Assembly (NCBI GenBank): GCA_965215505.1
Contig: OZ244065.1
Location: forward strand, 544,001-608,000
Direction of reading: 5' to 3'
DNA: 64,000 nt
DNA from: Capsulimonadaceae bacterium
Lineage (GTDB): Bacteria; Armatimonadota; Armatimonadia; Armatimonadales; Capsulimonadaceae
The position numbers were made by a program, and so were the translations under genes. The notes beneath the pieces were generated by a model that did not search any database, was not told the origin of the DNA, and was given only the letters and a program-made list of their open reading frames with translations. Below, one piece after another: positions 8,836 to 19,502 of this stretch. The first letter of the stretch is position 1; each line of letters begins with the position of its first letter.

Positions 8836-11385
8836 ATGACAAACTCCGCTGACTGGCCCGTTTTGCGCCGGTATGACCAAGACCATCTCGCACGAATCGC
8901 CCTCCCCCTGGGCGGCATCGGGACCGGGACGGTTTCGCTCGGCGGGCGCGGCGACCTGCGTGACTGGGAGATGGTCAACCGGCCCGCCAAAGGGTTTGCG
9001 CCGAACCGGGCGTTCTTCGCCCTGTACGCCCGGCCCGAGGGCGGCGAAGCCGTCACGCGCTGCCTGGAAGGGCCGGTCGAGCCGGCGGCCTATGAGGGCG
9101 GCTTCGGCAGCCCCGCCCGCAACCACGGCCTGCCGCGCTTCCGCCGCTGCGAGTTTGTAGCGGCCTACCCGCTCGGCCAGGTCGTGCTTTCGGACCCGGA
9201 CGTTCCGGTCGCGGTCCGCCTGCAAGCCTTCAACCCCCTCATCCCCGCCGACGCCGACCGCAGCGGCATCCCCGCCGCCGTCCTGCGCTATGTCCTGACC
9301 AACACGTCCCCACAGAAGCTAGACGTTTCGGTCTGCGGCAGCCTGGAAAACTTCATCGGCTCCGACGGCACGACGACCGCGCCGAAGCAGAACGTCAACC
9401 TGTTCCGGCGGCGGGACGGGCTGGCCGGGGTCTTCCTGCGCTCGGACGGCGTCCCGCCAACGTCCGAGCAGTGGGGGACGATGACGCTGGCGACGACGGC
9501 GCAGGAGGGCGTCACGGCGCGGACCGCCTGGCCGGACCTGAGCTGGGGCGACGCGCTGCTGGACTTCTGGGACGATCTTTCGGATGACGGCCGCCTAAAC
9601 GAGCGCACCGGGGGAGGGGACGCGCCCACGGCCTCGCTCGCCGCATCTCTGACGCTCGCGCCGGGCGAGACGCGGGCGGTGACGTTCCTGCTGGCCTGGC
9701 ACTTCCCGAACCGGATGACGTGGAACCCCGCCCATGCCGCGCCGGGCGAAGCCTGCTGCGCGGACGGCGAATGCGGCGACCCGAACTGGGTCGGCAACTA
9801 CTATACGACGCAGTACCGGGACGCCTGGGACGTGGCGGCCCGGACGGCGGCCGCGATGCCCGCGCTGGAAGAAGACACGCTGGCCTTCGTCCGCTCCTTC
9901 TGCGCCAGTGACCTGCCGCCGGTCGTCAAAGAGGCGGCCCTGTTCAACCTCAGCACCCTCCGCAGCCAGACCTGTTTCCGCATCGCCTCGGGCGAGTTCA
10001 TGGGGTGGGAGGGCTGCGGCGACAAGGCCGGCTGCTGCGAGGGGTCGTGTACCCATGTCTGGAACTACGAGCAGGCGACGGCCTTCCTGTTCGGCGGCCT
10101 GTCGCGGACGATGCGGGACGTGGAGTTCGGGCACGCGACGCGGCCCGACGGCCTGATGTCCTTCCGAGCCTTCCTGCCCCTGGCGCACGCCGCCGAGCAG
10201 GGCCTCGCCGCCGCCGACGGGCAGATGGGCTGCCTGATGAAGCTGTACCGGGACTGGCAGTTGTCCGGGGACGACGGCTGGCTGCGGGCGCTCTGGCCAC
10301 ACGCGAAGAAGGCCTTGGAGTTCTGCTGGATCAAAGGCGGCTGGGACGCCGACCGGGACGGCGTCATGGAGGGCTGCCAGCACAACACGATGGACGTGGA
10401 GTATTTCGGCCCGAACCCGCAGATGGGCGGCTGGTACTTGGGCGCGCTGCGGGCGATGGAGGAAATGGCGCGGCATCTGGGCGAACCGGAGTTCGCGGCC
10501 TCCTGCCGTGACCTCTTCGAGCGCGGGAGCGTCTGGATGGACGCGCACCTGTTCAACGGCGACTACTATGAACACGAGGTGCGGCCCATCCCCGAAGCCG
10601 CCGACATCGCGCTCGGCCTGCGCGTCGGCATGGGGTCGGCGAACTTAGCTGACCCGGATTTGCAGCTCGGGGCGGGCTGCCTGATCGACCAACTGGCCGG
10701 GCAGTACATGGCCGACGTCTGCGGCCTGGGTCCGCTCCTTGACGCAGGACACGTCCGTCAGACGCTGTACAGCCTGATGCGCTGGAACTTCCAGCCGCGC
10801 ATGGGCGCACACTTCAACCATCTGCGGACGTTCGCCCTGGGCGACGAAGCGGCCATGCTGATGGCGACCTATCCCAAGGGCCGACGCCCCACGCGCCCCT
10901 TCCCGTACTACAACGAGGTCATGACGGGCTTTGAGTATACGGCCGCCGTTCACATGCTCTTTGAGGGCATGACCGAGGAGGGCCTGACGGTGATCGGAGC
11001 GATCCGCGCCCGCTATGACGGCCTGAAGCGCAGCCCGTTCGACGAGGCCGAGTGCGGGCACCACTACGCCCGCGCCATGACGAGCTGGGCGGCGGTGCTG
11101 GCCCTCACCGGCTTCCACTACTCGGCGGTCAATCGGACCCTAGAATTCGCCGCCGCGCCCGCGCCCTGCCGCTGGTTCTGGTCCACGGGGTCGGCCTGGG
11201 GCACCGCCGGTCTGTCGCCGGGCGAACGGGAGACGCGGCTGACCCTTTCCGTCACGAAAGGCAGCCTGACGCTCCAAACGCTCGCGCTGGGCGGCTACGG
11301 AACACTGACGCTGCCGGCACCACGGACGCTTTCAGCGGGCGGCGTACAGGATTACACGATTCCGAAACAAGGAACCGAAGCATGA
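8836..11385 (+). CDS. GH116 glycoside hydrolase (GBA2-like)
   Basis: PLGGIGTG, CTHVWNY, HNTMDVE, DQLAGQ, ECGHHYAR. Confidence 0.88.
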   Translation: MTNSADWPVLRRYDQDHLARIALPLGGIGTGTVSLGGRGDLRDWEMVNRPAKGFAPNRAFFALYARPEGGEAVTRCLEGPVEPAAYEGGFGSPARNHGLPRFRRCEFVAAYPLGQVVLSDPDVPVAVRLQAFNPLIPADADRSGIPAAVLRYVLTNTSPQKLDVSVCGSLENFIGSDGTTTAPKQNVNLFRRRDGLAGVFLRSDGVPPTSEQWGTMTLATTAQEGVTARTAWPDLSWGDALLDFWDDLSDDGRLNERTGGGDAPTASLAASLTLAPGETRAVTFLLAWHFPNRMTWNPAHAAPGEACCADGECGDPNWVGNYYTTQYRDAWDVAARTAAAMPALEEDTLAFVRSFCASDLPPVVKEAALFNLSTLRSQTCFRIASGEFMGWEGCGDKAGCCEGSCTHVWNYEQATAFLFGGLSRTMRDVEFGHATRPDGLMSFRAFLPLAHAAEQGLAAADGQMGCLMKLYRDWQLSGDDGWLRALWPHAKKALEFCWIKGGWDADRDGVMEGCQHNTMDVEYFGPNPQMGGWYLGALRAMEEMARHLGEPEFAASCRDLFERGSVWMDAHLFNGDYYEHEVRPIPEAADIALGLRVGMGSANLADPDLQLGAGCLIDQLAGQYMADVCGLGPLLDAGHVRQTLYSLMRWNFQPRMGAHFNHLRTFALGDEAAMLMATYPKGRRPTRPFPYYNEVMTGFEYTAAVHMLFEGMTEEGLTVIGAIRARYDGLKRSPFDEAECGHHYARAMTSWAAVLALTGFHYSAVNRTLEFAAAPAPCRWFWSTGSAWGTAGLSPGERETRLTLSVTKGSLTLQTLALGGYGTLTLPAPRTLSAGGVQDYTIPKQGTEA

Positions 11386-13268
11386 CCACGCCTGAATCCT
11401 CCTCCTCCTGGCCCGCCCCGGCCCTCGCCCCGCTGCCGCTGGGCGCGATCCGCCCGCTCGGCTGGCTGCGGGACCAGCTTCGCATCCAGGCGGACGGCCT
11501 GAGCGGGCACCTGGACGAGTTCTGGCCCTCGGTCGCCGACAGCAAGTGGATCGGCGGCACCGGCGAGGGCTGGGAGCGCGGCCCGTACTGGCTCGACGGC
11601 ATCGTGCCGCTGGCTTTTCTGCTGGACGACGCTCGGCTCAAAGCCAAAGCGCAGCACTGGATAGACTATATCCTGGATCACCAGCACTCCGACGGCTGGC
11701 TGGGTGTGATTGAGGACGGCCATGAAGGAGAAGGGCAGCACGTCCTGGACCCGTGGCCGATCTTCGTGCTGCTGAAGGCGATGACGCAGTGGCAGGAGGC
11801 GACGGGGGACGCGCGCATCATCCCCGCCATGCAGCGGGTCCTGCGCCGCATTGATAGCCTGCTGGACGAAAAGCCGCTGGAAAGCTGGGCGGCGATGCGC
11901 TGGTTCGAGCTGTCAGTCAGCCTCCGGTGGCTGCATGCGCGGACGGGCGAGGCGTGGCTGCTCGACCTGTCCAGTAAAGCGCAGGAGCAGGGGTATGATT
12001 GGGCCGCTCACTTCGCCGACTTCCGGTATACGGGGAAGCAGGCTCCATGGACATTGGAGAACCACGTCGTCAACAACGCCATGGCCTTGAAGGAGCCTGC
12101 CCTCCGGCTGCCGCCCGACCCGAACGGCGGCGGCCTGGCGCGGCAGTGTATGGCGACGCTCGACCGCTATCACGGGCAGGCGGCGGGCGTCTTCTCCGGC
12201 GACGAGAGCCTGGCCGGACTGAACCCCTCCCAGGGGACCGAGACATGCGCCGTCGTGGAATACCTGTACTCGCTCGAAGTCCTCCTGTCCACCTTCGGCG
12301 ACGCCGCTTTGGGCGACCGCCTGGAACGGATCGCGTTTAACGCATTGCCGGCCCCGTTCAAGTCGGACATGTGGGCGCGGCAGTACGACCAGCAGGCGAA
12401 CCAGGTGGTCTGCAAGCGCGCGCCGGACGGCGAGCGCATCTACACCAACAACGGCCCCGAGGCCAACCTGTTCAGCCTGGAAGGCCACTTCGGCTGCTGC
12501 ACGGCCAACATGCACCAGGGCTGGCCCAAGTTTGTCAGCCACCTGTGGATGGCGACCGAGGACGGCGGCATGGCCGCCATCGCCTACGGGCCGTGCGAGG
12601 TCCAGACGACCATCGCCGGGCGGCAGGTGACGATCACTGAGGAGACAGGTTACCCGTTCCGCGCTTTGGTATGCTTCACCGTCAAGGCGGCTTCGCCTGT
12701 GGCCTTCCCGCTGCGGCTCCGGGTTCCTGCCTGGGCCGAGGGTGCGACCGTGGAGGTCAGCGAGAAGCCCCCCGTCGCCGCCGCGCCGGGGACGTTCCAT
12801 GTCATGGACCGCACCTGGAATGATGGCGACACGGTCACGCTCCACCTGCCGATGACGGTCCGCACCGAGCGCGGCTTCCAGGACTCGGTGCGCCTCCTGC
12901 GCGGCCCGCTCGTCTTCTCGCTCCAGATCGGGGAGGAGTTCCGGCAGGTGGGCGGCGAGGCCCCGCACGCCGATTGGGAGGTCTACCCGACTACCCCCTG
13001 GAACTACGGGCTGGCGCTGGTGGAGGGGGAGATCACCGTCCGGGAAGCGCCCATCGGCCCCGTTCCCTTCGCCCCGGATGCCGCGCCGGTGACGCTGACG
13101 GTCCCGGCCCGGCGCGTCGGCATATGGGAGATGCACCGGAACTGCGCCGCCCCGCCGCCCGACGGCATGGTCGCGACGGTCGAGTCGCTGGAAACCGTGG
13201 CGATGATTCCCTATGGCAGCGGGCACCTGCGCGTGACCGACTTCCCGGAGGCGATGGGGAAAAGATGA
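11382..13268 (+). CDS. GH127/GH146 beta-L-arabinofuranosidase-like protein
   Basis: PLGWLRDQL, WERGPYWLDG, ETCA and GCCTANMHQGWPK Cys motifs; ATGA overlap with the upstream gene. Confidence 0.85.
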   Translation: MTTPESSSSWPAPALAPLPLGAIRPLGWLRDQLRIQADGLSGHLDEFWPSVADSKWIGGTGEGWERGPYWLDGIVPLAFLLDDARLKAKAQHWIDYILDHQHSDGWLGVIEDGHEGEGQHVLDPWPIFVLLKAMTQWQEATGDARIIPAMQRVLRRIDSLLDEKPLESWAAMRWFELSVSLRWLHARTGEAWLLDLSSKAQEQGYDWAAHFADFRYTGKQAPWTLENHVVNNAMALKEPALRLPPDPNGGGLARQCMATLDRYHGQAAGVFSGDESLAGLNPSQGTETCAVVEYLYSLEVLLSTFGDAALGDRLERIAFNALPAPFKSDMWARQYDQQANQVVCKRAPDGERIYTNNGPEANLFSLEGHFGCCTANMHQGWPKFVSHLWMATEDGGMAAIAYGPCEVQTTIAGRQVTITEETGYPFRALVCFTVKAASPVAFPLRLRVPAWAEGATVEVSEKPPVAAAPGTFHVMDRTWNDGDTVTLHLPMTVRTERGFQDSVRLLRGPLVFSLQIGEEFRQVGGEAPHADWEVYPTTPWNYGLALVEGEITVREAPIGPVPFAPDAAPVTLTVPARRVGIWEMHRNCAAPPPDGMVATVESLETVAMIPYGSGHLRVTDFPEAMGKR

Positions 13269-14281
13269 GTGGGACGAATGGCGGGCGGTGGGACGCTGAG
13301 AAGGCACAGGAATGGTACAGGCAGCTCCCCTGGCTGTGCGGGTTCAACTATTTGCCCTCCACGGCGGTCAACTCGACGGAGATGTGGCAGCGCGAGACGT
13401 TCGACCCGGACACCATCAGGCGCGAGATGGGCTGGGCGCGGGACATCGGCTTGAACTGCTGCCGCGTCTTCGCCCAGGCTCTAGTCTGGGGCGCCGACCC
13501 GGGCGGCCTGACTGAGCGGCTGGATCAGTTCCTCGGCATTGCCGAAGCCAGCGGCATCCTGACGCTCCCCGTCCTGTTTGACGACTGCGCGTTTGCCGGC
13601 AAGGAGCCATACCTGGGGCCGCAGGAGGAACCTCTGCCGGGTATCCACAACAGCGGGTGGACCCCAAGCCCCGGACCGACAAGGGCCGATGACCGGTCCG
13701 CCTGGCCCCGCCGGCGGGAGTACGTCACTGCACTGCTCACGCGCTTCGGGCAGGACGCGCGCATCTTAGCCTGGGACCTCTACAACGAGCCGGGCAATGA
13801 GGGGCGCGGGGCGCGCAGCCTGCCGCTGCTCCAAGCGGCCTTCGGGTGGGCGCGGGAGGCAGCCCCGAGCCAGCCGCTGACGTCGGGCGTCTGGGATTGG
13901 GATGAGGACCGACGCGAGATCAACGACTTTCTGCTGGCCGCCTCCGACGTACTCACTTTCCACGAGTACGCCGGAGCGGACCGGTTGACGCAGACCATCG
14001 CACGGCTCCGAGGGGCCGGCAGGCCAATCCTCTGCACCGAATGGATGGCCCGGACGCTCGACAGCCGTTTTGAGACGCATCTACCTTTCTTCAGGCAGGA
14101 GAGCGTCGGCTGCTTCTTTTGGGGCCTGGTCAATGGCCGGACGCAGACTCACTTCCCTTGGGGATCGGTAGAGGGCGGCCCGCCGCCGCGCGTGTGGTTC
14201 CATGACCTTTTGGACGGTCAGGGGAGGCCGTACAGCGAGCAGGAAACTACGCTGATCCGGCAGATGACCACGCCGGCATGA
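13265..14281 (+). CDS. Clan GH-A glycoside hydrolase (GH5-like)
   Basis: WDLYNEP acid/base and ILCTEW nucleophile motifs; ATGA overlap. Confidence 0.8.
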   Translation: MSGTNGGRWDAEKAQEWYRQLPWLCGFNYLPSTAVNSTEMWQRETFDPDTIRREMGWARDIGLNCCRVFAQALVWGADPGGLTERLDQFLGIAEASGILTLPVLFDDCAFAGKEPYLGPQEEPLPGIHNSGWTPSPGPTRADDRSAWPRRREYVTALLTRFGQDARILAWDLYNEPGNEGRGARSLPLLQAAFGWAREAAPSQPLTSGVWDWDEDRREINDFLLAASDVLTFHEYAGADRLTQTIARLRGAGRPILCTEWMARTLDSRFETHLPFFRQESVGCFFWGLVNGRTQTHFPWGSVEGGPPPRVWFHDLLDGQGRPYSEQETTLIRQMTTPA

Positions 14282-14285
14282 ACCG

Positions 14286-16070
14286 TCACGGCACGGTCAC
14301 TTTCAAGACCGTCAGGCCATCCTCGTTCTTCGTCACTGCGAGGGGAACGGTCTTGGTCCGCCCGCCGCGCGCCACCGTGACCTGATAATCGCCGAGGAAG
14401 GCGCGCGTCTGGTACGCGCCCGTCCTGCCTGTCTTCCCGGCCGCGTCGGTCCACCAATCGTGGAAGACCAGCCGCTCGTAGACGAGCGCGGCGGGGCGCG
14501 GCGTCCAGTCTTGCCGGTACATCGCGCCGCCCTGTTTGGCGAGCCAGTGGCTCCCCGCCCAAAAGCCCCATTGCACAAAGGATGTGACCTGGGGGTGGGA
14601 GAAGATGGCCGTCATGAACTCGTCCTGATACTGCCCGTGGGCGGCATCATCCTGGACACTCGCATCGTACTCGGTGATCTCCATAGGCAGCTTGTAGGCC
14701 GCCCAGTGGTCTAGGCTGCGGAGCAGGATGGGGGCGGGGACGAGCGGGTTTGCGCCACCCATGTGGTTCTGGATGCCTAGGACGGACACGGGCGCGTGCT
14801 GTGCGTCAATCAAGTAGTGCAGGATGCCGTCTACCTGGCCGTCCGACTTGCCGGCCGTGCCGCCGCCGGTGTCGAAGATGACGTTGTCGTTGTAGGCCAG
14901 CTTGACGTTCGGGTCCGTCTCGTGCGCCCAGTCAAAGGCCTTCGCGATCAGGTCTTTGCCGGCCTCGTCGTAAACCTCATGGCTGGTCACGGCCTCGTTG
15001 ACGACGTCCCAGACGACGATGCGGCCCCGCGTCTTCGCCACATAATCCAGGATGTGGTCGTGGACGGCGCTCCGCATTGCATTCCCGCGCAGCGGTTTCA
15101 CCTCGTCGGGCAGCCACATGTAGCTCGGCCAGAACAGGTTGTGGCCACGCACCGGCAGGTCGTGCGCCTTGGACCAGGTCAGCAGCTTGTCGGCCTGTGG
15201 CCAGCCCTGCCCGCCATAAGAACCCCACTTGAGCGTGTTTTCCAGGACGATATAGTTGAAGCCACGCAGGAGAGTCTTGCGGTAGTTCTCGCCGTTGGGC
15301 GTCTGCGCGAACAGCGGCTCCGGCGCGATGGCCGTCCCGAAATGGAACGCGTGGCGCGTCTGCCGGACATGGACGGCGGCGCGCGCGACGGGCCTGCCCT
15401 GGGCATCCACGACGCGGACGAGCAGGTTCCCCATGCGGTAGCGGCGGATGCGGGCGTTCGCGGCGGGCCGCCAGGCATCGTCGTGCGGCTGGCCGCCGTA
15501 AAGGTCCCGGCCGATGTCGGCGGGGCGCGGTCGAGGATTGACGCCGTAGTCTTCCAGGGTGACGCGGGCGATCTCGATGGTCCCGGCCTGCTGGCCGATG
15601 ACGAAATGTGCGTTGGACTCGCCCGGCCCATAGGCGGGCGTCGTGAAGGTGAAGGCGTATTCCTTCCACTCCGGCGTGAGCGCCAGGCTTTGGGCTAGGG
15701 CCTTGTCGTAGTCAGGGGAAGCTTTTTCCACGATGGCGGTGATGGGGCTGCGGGTGGGAGAACGGCCCCAGAAGTGCAGCCGGAGGACGGTCTGATCGGC
15801 CAGCGGGACCGCGACCATCTGACGGACCTGCATGGTGTAGTCCGGCGAGGCCGGGGTTCGGATGACTATGTGGAGCGCGTCCCCGCCGCCCGGCAACCCG
15901 GCGGCGGAAACGGTCGTCATGGCGGCATCGCCGGAGTGGGGCGCGGTCAGCGCGAATGCCCCGCCGGTCAGCAGATTATGGTCGTCCCGGTCCGCCGCCC
16001 ACAGGACCGGCGCGGCGAGGAAGAGGCAGACCGTCAGGAAAAGCGTTCGCAGCATCATTCGCAGTATCAT
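14286..16070 (-). CDS. Secreted GH10 endo-1,4-beta-xylanase with N-terminal CBM4/9-like module
   Basis: Signal peptide; ENTLKW, VRGHNLFW, WDVVNEA, ITEYD. Confidence 0.88.
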   Translation of the reverse strand: MILRMMLRTLFLTVCLFLAAPVLWAADRDDHNLLTGGAFALTAPHSGDAAMTTVSAAGLPGGGDALHIVIRTPASPDYTMQVRQMVAVPLADQTVLRLHFWGRSPTRSPITAIVEKASPDYDKALAQSLALTPEWKEYAFTFTTPAYGPGESNAHFVIGQQAGTIEIARVTLEDYGVNPRPRPADIGRDLYGGQPHDDAWRPAANARIRRYRMGNLLVRVVDAQGRPVARAAVHVRQTRHAFHFGTAIAPEPLFAQTPNGENYRKTLLRGFNYIVLENTLKWGSYGGQGWPQADKLLTWSKAHDLPVRGHNLFWPSYMWLPDEVKPLRGNAMRSAVHDHILDYVAKTRGRIVVWDVVNEAVTSHEVYDEAGKDLIAKAFDWAHETDPNVKLAYNDNVIFDTGGGTAGKSDGQVDGILHYLIDAQHAPVSVLGIQNHMGGANPLVPAPILLRSLDHWAAYKLPMEITEYDASVQDDAAHGQYQDEFMTAIFSHPQVTSFVQWGFWAGSHWLAKQGGAMYRQDWTPRPAALVYERLVFHDWWTDAAGKTGRTGAYQTRAFLGDYQVTVARGGRTKTVPLAVTKNEDGLTVLKVTVP

Positions 16071-19000
16071 CGGGCGTTACTCCGTGGCAAAGAAGCCGTG
16101 TGTCGGCTTTGGGGGACCAGGACGGCCCCGACGCGGCTGGCCCCGGTCTCGACGATGATCTTGACCTGCGTAGGCGGGTTGCCGTCTTCGTCGAAGACCA
16201 CCAGGCTGTTCCCTCCGGGCCGCAGCAGCGATTCGGGGAGGTAGATGCTGTCTATGGGTGCCTTCTCCGGGTAGCGACCCAGGCAGCGCCCATTGAGCCA
16301 GAAGAAGCCGCGCGACAGGCCGGCGAACGTGGCCCGCAGGATGGGGTGGGGGCCGGAAGCGGCGGGCGGGGCGGCTTGGAACGTAGTTTGGTAGAAGGCC
16401 GGGGCGTCCGCGCCGCCGCTGCCGACCAGCGGACTCCAGACGTTCGCGGCAGTGGGCGACGGCGGGGTGACGCCGCCGCGCATCTTCCAGCTGTGGACCG
16501 CGATGCCGTCCACGATGCCGCCGGTGAGCTTGACATCGCCGAGCAGGCCGCCCGCGCCCGCCGTGTTCTGGACGGCTACAGCCAGCACGTTCGGGCCGCC
16601 GTCGCGCCAGGCGTCGTCCAAGGGGATGTCACGACCGGCGTTGATGCCGACATCGTCGGCGATCTTTTTGCCGTTCAGGTAGACGGTGCCGTTGTCGTCA
16701 ATGGAGTTGAAGTGGATGCGCCGGTGCGGGCCGGGGAGGTTCGGCAGGGTCGCGCGGAACCAGGCCCAGCCGAGCCGGTCCTTGAAAACGTCCGTCGTGG
16801 TCGTGGCGTCGTGCCAGTCCGTGCCGGTCGTGGGGAATTCGGGTGCGGCGAACCGGGCGGCATCGCCAGGGGCCTTGTCGTCGGCCCGCCACCGGAAGCC
16901 GTTGAGGGGAACGGCCGACGGGGCCGTCGTGGTAAGGCTGACCGTCCCCGCGATGCCCTTGGCATCTATGTCATCCAGCGGCCCGTAGTAGTTGAACAGC
17001 TTGTTGCGCCCGTAATGCGCCGCAAGGAACGCCAGGGTGTTCGGCCCTGCCCTCAGATGGACGGTCAGACTGCGCGGGACGGGCGTCTGATACCGCGTCT
17101 GGACGTCGCTGCTTTCTTCGCGCTTTCCGTTAGCAAAGCAGGCCAGCCAGTCCCCGGCGTCGGTGATGCTCACCTGATAGACGCCCGCTGCGGGCGCGTT
17201 GACATTCGCCCGATACCAGGCGTAGGCGCTGATGTCACCGTCCGTGCCCATCGGGAGCGGGTCGGCGCTGCCCTTCCAGGCGGCATCGTCGTAGCCGGGC
17301 TGGGCGGGCTGAGTCAGGGCGTCCATTCGCCACACGCCGAGAGACGGCGCGGCGGCGGGGACGGCTCCGGGGACCGGAACCGGCGCGAGCAGTGAGGGCG
17401 GCGCGAGCGAAGCCGTGTAGAGGAGCTTGGGTAGGGCAGGGGAGGAGGGCGCTCCCAGCCCGCGCTGCTCCGTGATCAGACGGGGCTTCCCCTCAGTCCC
17501 TTCCTCGCCGACATAATCCGGGCCGCAGGCGATCAGGCCGTTGTCCAGGAACCAGGTGCGGTCGGCCATGTCCGCGCTCATGGTCAGGACGCGGACGGTG
17601 TGGACGCCGACCTGAAAGGCACTGACCAGGGGTTCGGTGGCGGGAATGCGTGTTTTGAGGATTACCTGCGCCGCCGCCATTGTCAGCGCCTCATTGCCTG
17701 CCGACTGCCCGGCGGCCTTCGCGCCCGCCGCCGCGAAATGCAGTTCTATTGGCTCGCCGGGCACACCGTAGGCAACCAGCGTCGTGATGTTCCCATGGGT
17801 CTGCGCGCCGAGCAGGTGGGCGGCGGCGAGTTCCAGGTCTACGCCCGGTGCCAGCGGGCAGCCCATGACGACCGGCATGATCTCGCCGGGTTGCAGGGTG
17901 ATCGGCCCCGCACTCGGGAACAGCGCGCCGCCGGTCATCTTGATCTGGGTCTTGACCGGCCCGCCGCCGCCGTTGTCCAGGAACAGGACTTCGCCCGCCG
18001 CCCCCTTGCGGTGGGTGATATGGACACTATCTTGGGTCGGCGCGGCCCCGTCTCCGCCGCTTTCGGCCAGCGAGTTAGACAGGACGGCGGGGAAAGAGGT
18101 CGCGAACAGCGCGGCCCGCTTGCAGCGGTAGTAGGCGTCCCGCAGATCGCCCACCTGGCCGATGGGCGAGCCGAAGTCGTAGGAGGCGGCCTGCTGGTCG
18201 TTGTTCCACGTCTCGAAGTCGGTGCCGCCCGCCATGGTGTAGTGCGTATAGCCTGCGCCGCCGTAGGCGATCACCTTCCAGGTCGCCCGTTCCAGCTTCT
18301 TCGCCCGCTCCGGCTCCATCCCGTAGCGCCCGACCCAGCCCGTCCAGAACTCGGTGGAGTACCACGGGCTTGTGCGCTGGGAAGTGTCGAATGGGTCATT
18401 GCCGGCGGGGTCATCGCTGTGGTTCAGCCCGCTGAAGAACAGGGGGACTTCCAGCCCGGCCTGACGCGCGTGTTCGTAGTAACGCTTGTAATAGGCGTTC
18501 GCCAGGTCCGTTCCGCCGCCCGCCCCGCCGCCCAGGACGTGTTCGTTTTCTAGCTGCACCATCAGGATCGGCCCGCCGTGGTTGATCTGGTTGGCGACCA
18601 GGATGGGATACAGTTTGGCGAAATAGGGGTCCACGGCCTGGTAGAACGGCTGGTTGTCGGTCATGGGGAGCAGGCCCGGCTTGAAGCGGAGCCAGACGGG
18701 CAGGCCGCCGGTGTCCCATTCGGCGTTGACATACGGCCCCATGCGGACGATGGCGTACAGGTTCAGCGAATGCACGAGTTTGAGGAAGGCATCCAGGTCC
18801 TTCTCCCCGGTGAAATCGAACTCGCCCTCGCGCGGCTCATGGTAATTCCAGAAGGCATACGTCTGGACCGTGTTGTATCCCGCCCGCTTGATCCGCAGGA
18901 GCCGGTCACGCCATTGGGCGCGCGGCGTCCGGGGGTATTGCAGCTCCCCAGCGACGATGAATGTCCGCTTGCCGTTGATCAAAAACCCCTTGCCGTCGAA

Positions 19001-19141
19001 GTTGATGTACGGCCTGGCAGCAGGCAGAGGCGGGAAGATGCTGTCGTTGTCATTCGGCCAGCCGAAGGCGTGGGCACGGATGGGCAGGAGGCAGCAGGCT
19101 AGGGCAAAAAGAATCGGGAGTAGGCGAGGGGATGGTTTCAT
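16067..19141 (-). CDS. Secreted GH35 beta-galactosidase with C-terminal jelly-roll domains
   Basis: NTVQTYAFWNYHEP, GPYVNAEW, QLENE, TEFWTGW; signal peptide. Confidence 0.9.
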   Translation of the reverse strand: MKPSPRLLPILFALACCLLPIRAHAFGWPNDNDSIFPPLPAARPYINFDGKGFLINGKRTFIVAGELQYPRTPRAQWRDRLLRIKRAGYNTVQTYAFWNYHEPREGEFDFTGEKDLDAFLKLVHSLNLYAIVRMGPYVNAEWDTGGLPVWLRFKPGLLPMTDNQPFYQAVDPYFAKLYPILVANQINHGGPILMVQLENEHVLGGGAGGGTDLANAYYKRYYEHARQAGLEVPLFFSGLNHSDDPAGNDPFDTSQRTSPWYSTEFWTGWVGRYGMEPERAKKLERATWKVIAYGGAGYTHYTMAGGTDFETWNNDQQAASYDFGSPIGQVGDLRDAYYRCKRAALFATSFPAVLSNSLAESGGDGAAPTQDSVHITHRKGAAGEVLFLDNGGGGPVKTQIKMTGGALFPSAGPITLQPGEIMPVVMGCPLAPGVDLELAAAHLLGAQTHGNITTLVAYGVPGEPIELHFAAAGAKAAGQSAGNEALTMAAAQVILKTRIPATEPLVSAFQVGVHTVRVLTMSADMADRTWFLDNGLIACGPDYVGEEGTEGKPRLITEQRGLGAPSSPALPKLLYTASLAPPSLLAPVPVPGAVPAAAPSLGVWRMDALTQPAQPGYDDAAWKGSADPLPMGTDGDISAYAWYRANVNAPAAGVYQVSITDAGDWLACFANGKREESSDVQTRYQTPVPRSLTVHLRAGPNTLAFLAAHYGRNKLFNYYGPLDDIDAKGIAGTVSLTTTAPSAVPLNGFRWRADDKAPGDAARFAAPEFPTTGTDWHDATTTTDVFKDRLGWAWFRATLPNLPGPHRRIHFNSIDDNGTVYLNGKKIADDVGINAGRDIPLDDAWRDGGPNVLAVAVQNTAGAGGLLGDVKLTGGIVDGIAVHSWKMRGGVTPPSPTAANVWSPLVGSGGADAPAFYQTTFQAAPPAASGPHPILRATFAGLSRGFFWLNGRCLGRYPEKAPIDSIYLPESLLRPGGNSLVVFDEDGNPPTQVKIIVETGASRVGAVLVPQSRHTASLPRSNAR

Positions 19142-19207
19142 GGAGGGTACTCGTTGGGGCGCGTTGCAAATAATAACTGATGTTACGCGCCGATTGAGGC
19201 AGGCGAG

Positions 19208-19352
19208 GACGAGTGCTTGAAATCACTCGCTCCGGCAGGATTTGTCCAGGGGACAAAGGAACAGGACAAAGCCGCTCCGACCGTCTTCTGTCTTTCCCCT
19301 CTTCTGTCCCCTGGACAGGTCTGAAGTCAGCGAGTGATTTCAATCACTCGTC
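19208..19352. repeat. REPIN/MITE-like bipartite palindromic element, copy 1
   Basis: 24-nt terminal inverted repeats (23/24) plus inner TGTCCAGGGGACA-type arms; a related copy lies at 51209. Confidence 0.8.
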
Positions 19353-19502
19353 TTGGCTTGGTCCTCTCAGGCGTCGTGACGACACCTGTGGAACATCAGT
19401 AACCAATTATAGCAATGGCGCACACGGGTGTCAAGTCGGAAAGCAAAACGCCACGCCTCTCGTCTGAGGGGCGCGGCGTTGGGACAACGGACGAGGGGTT
19501 TA

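Noticed and set aside
11052-11381. Long N-terminal extensions in the ORF track (also 5584, 6871, 12974, 35428, 41344, 46192, 48418)
   Set aside because: They overlap upstream genes or promoters; downstream starts with an SD or ATGA coupling fit better
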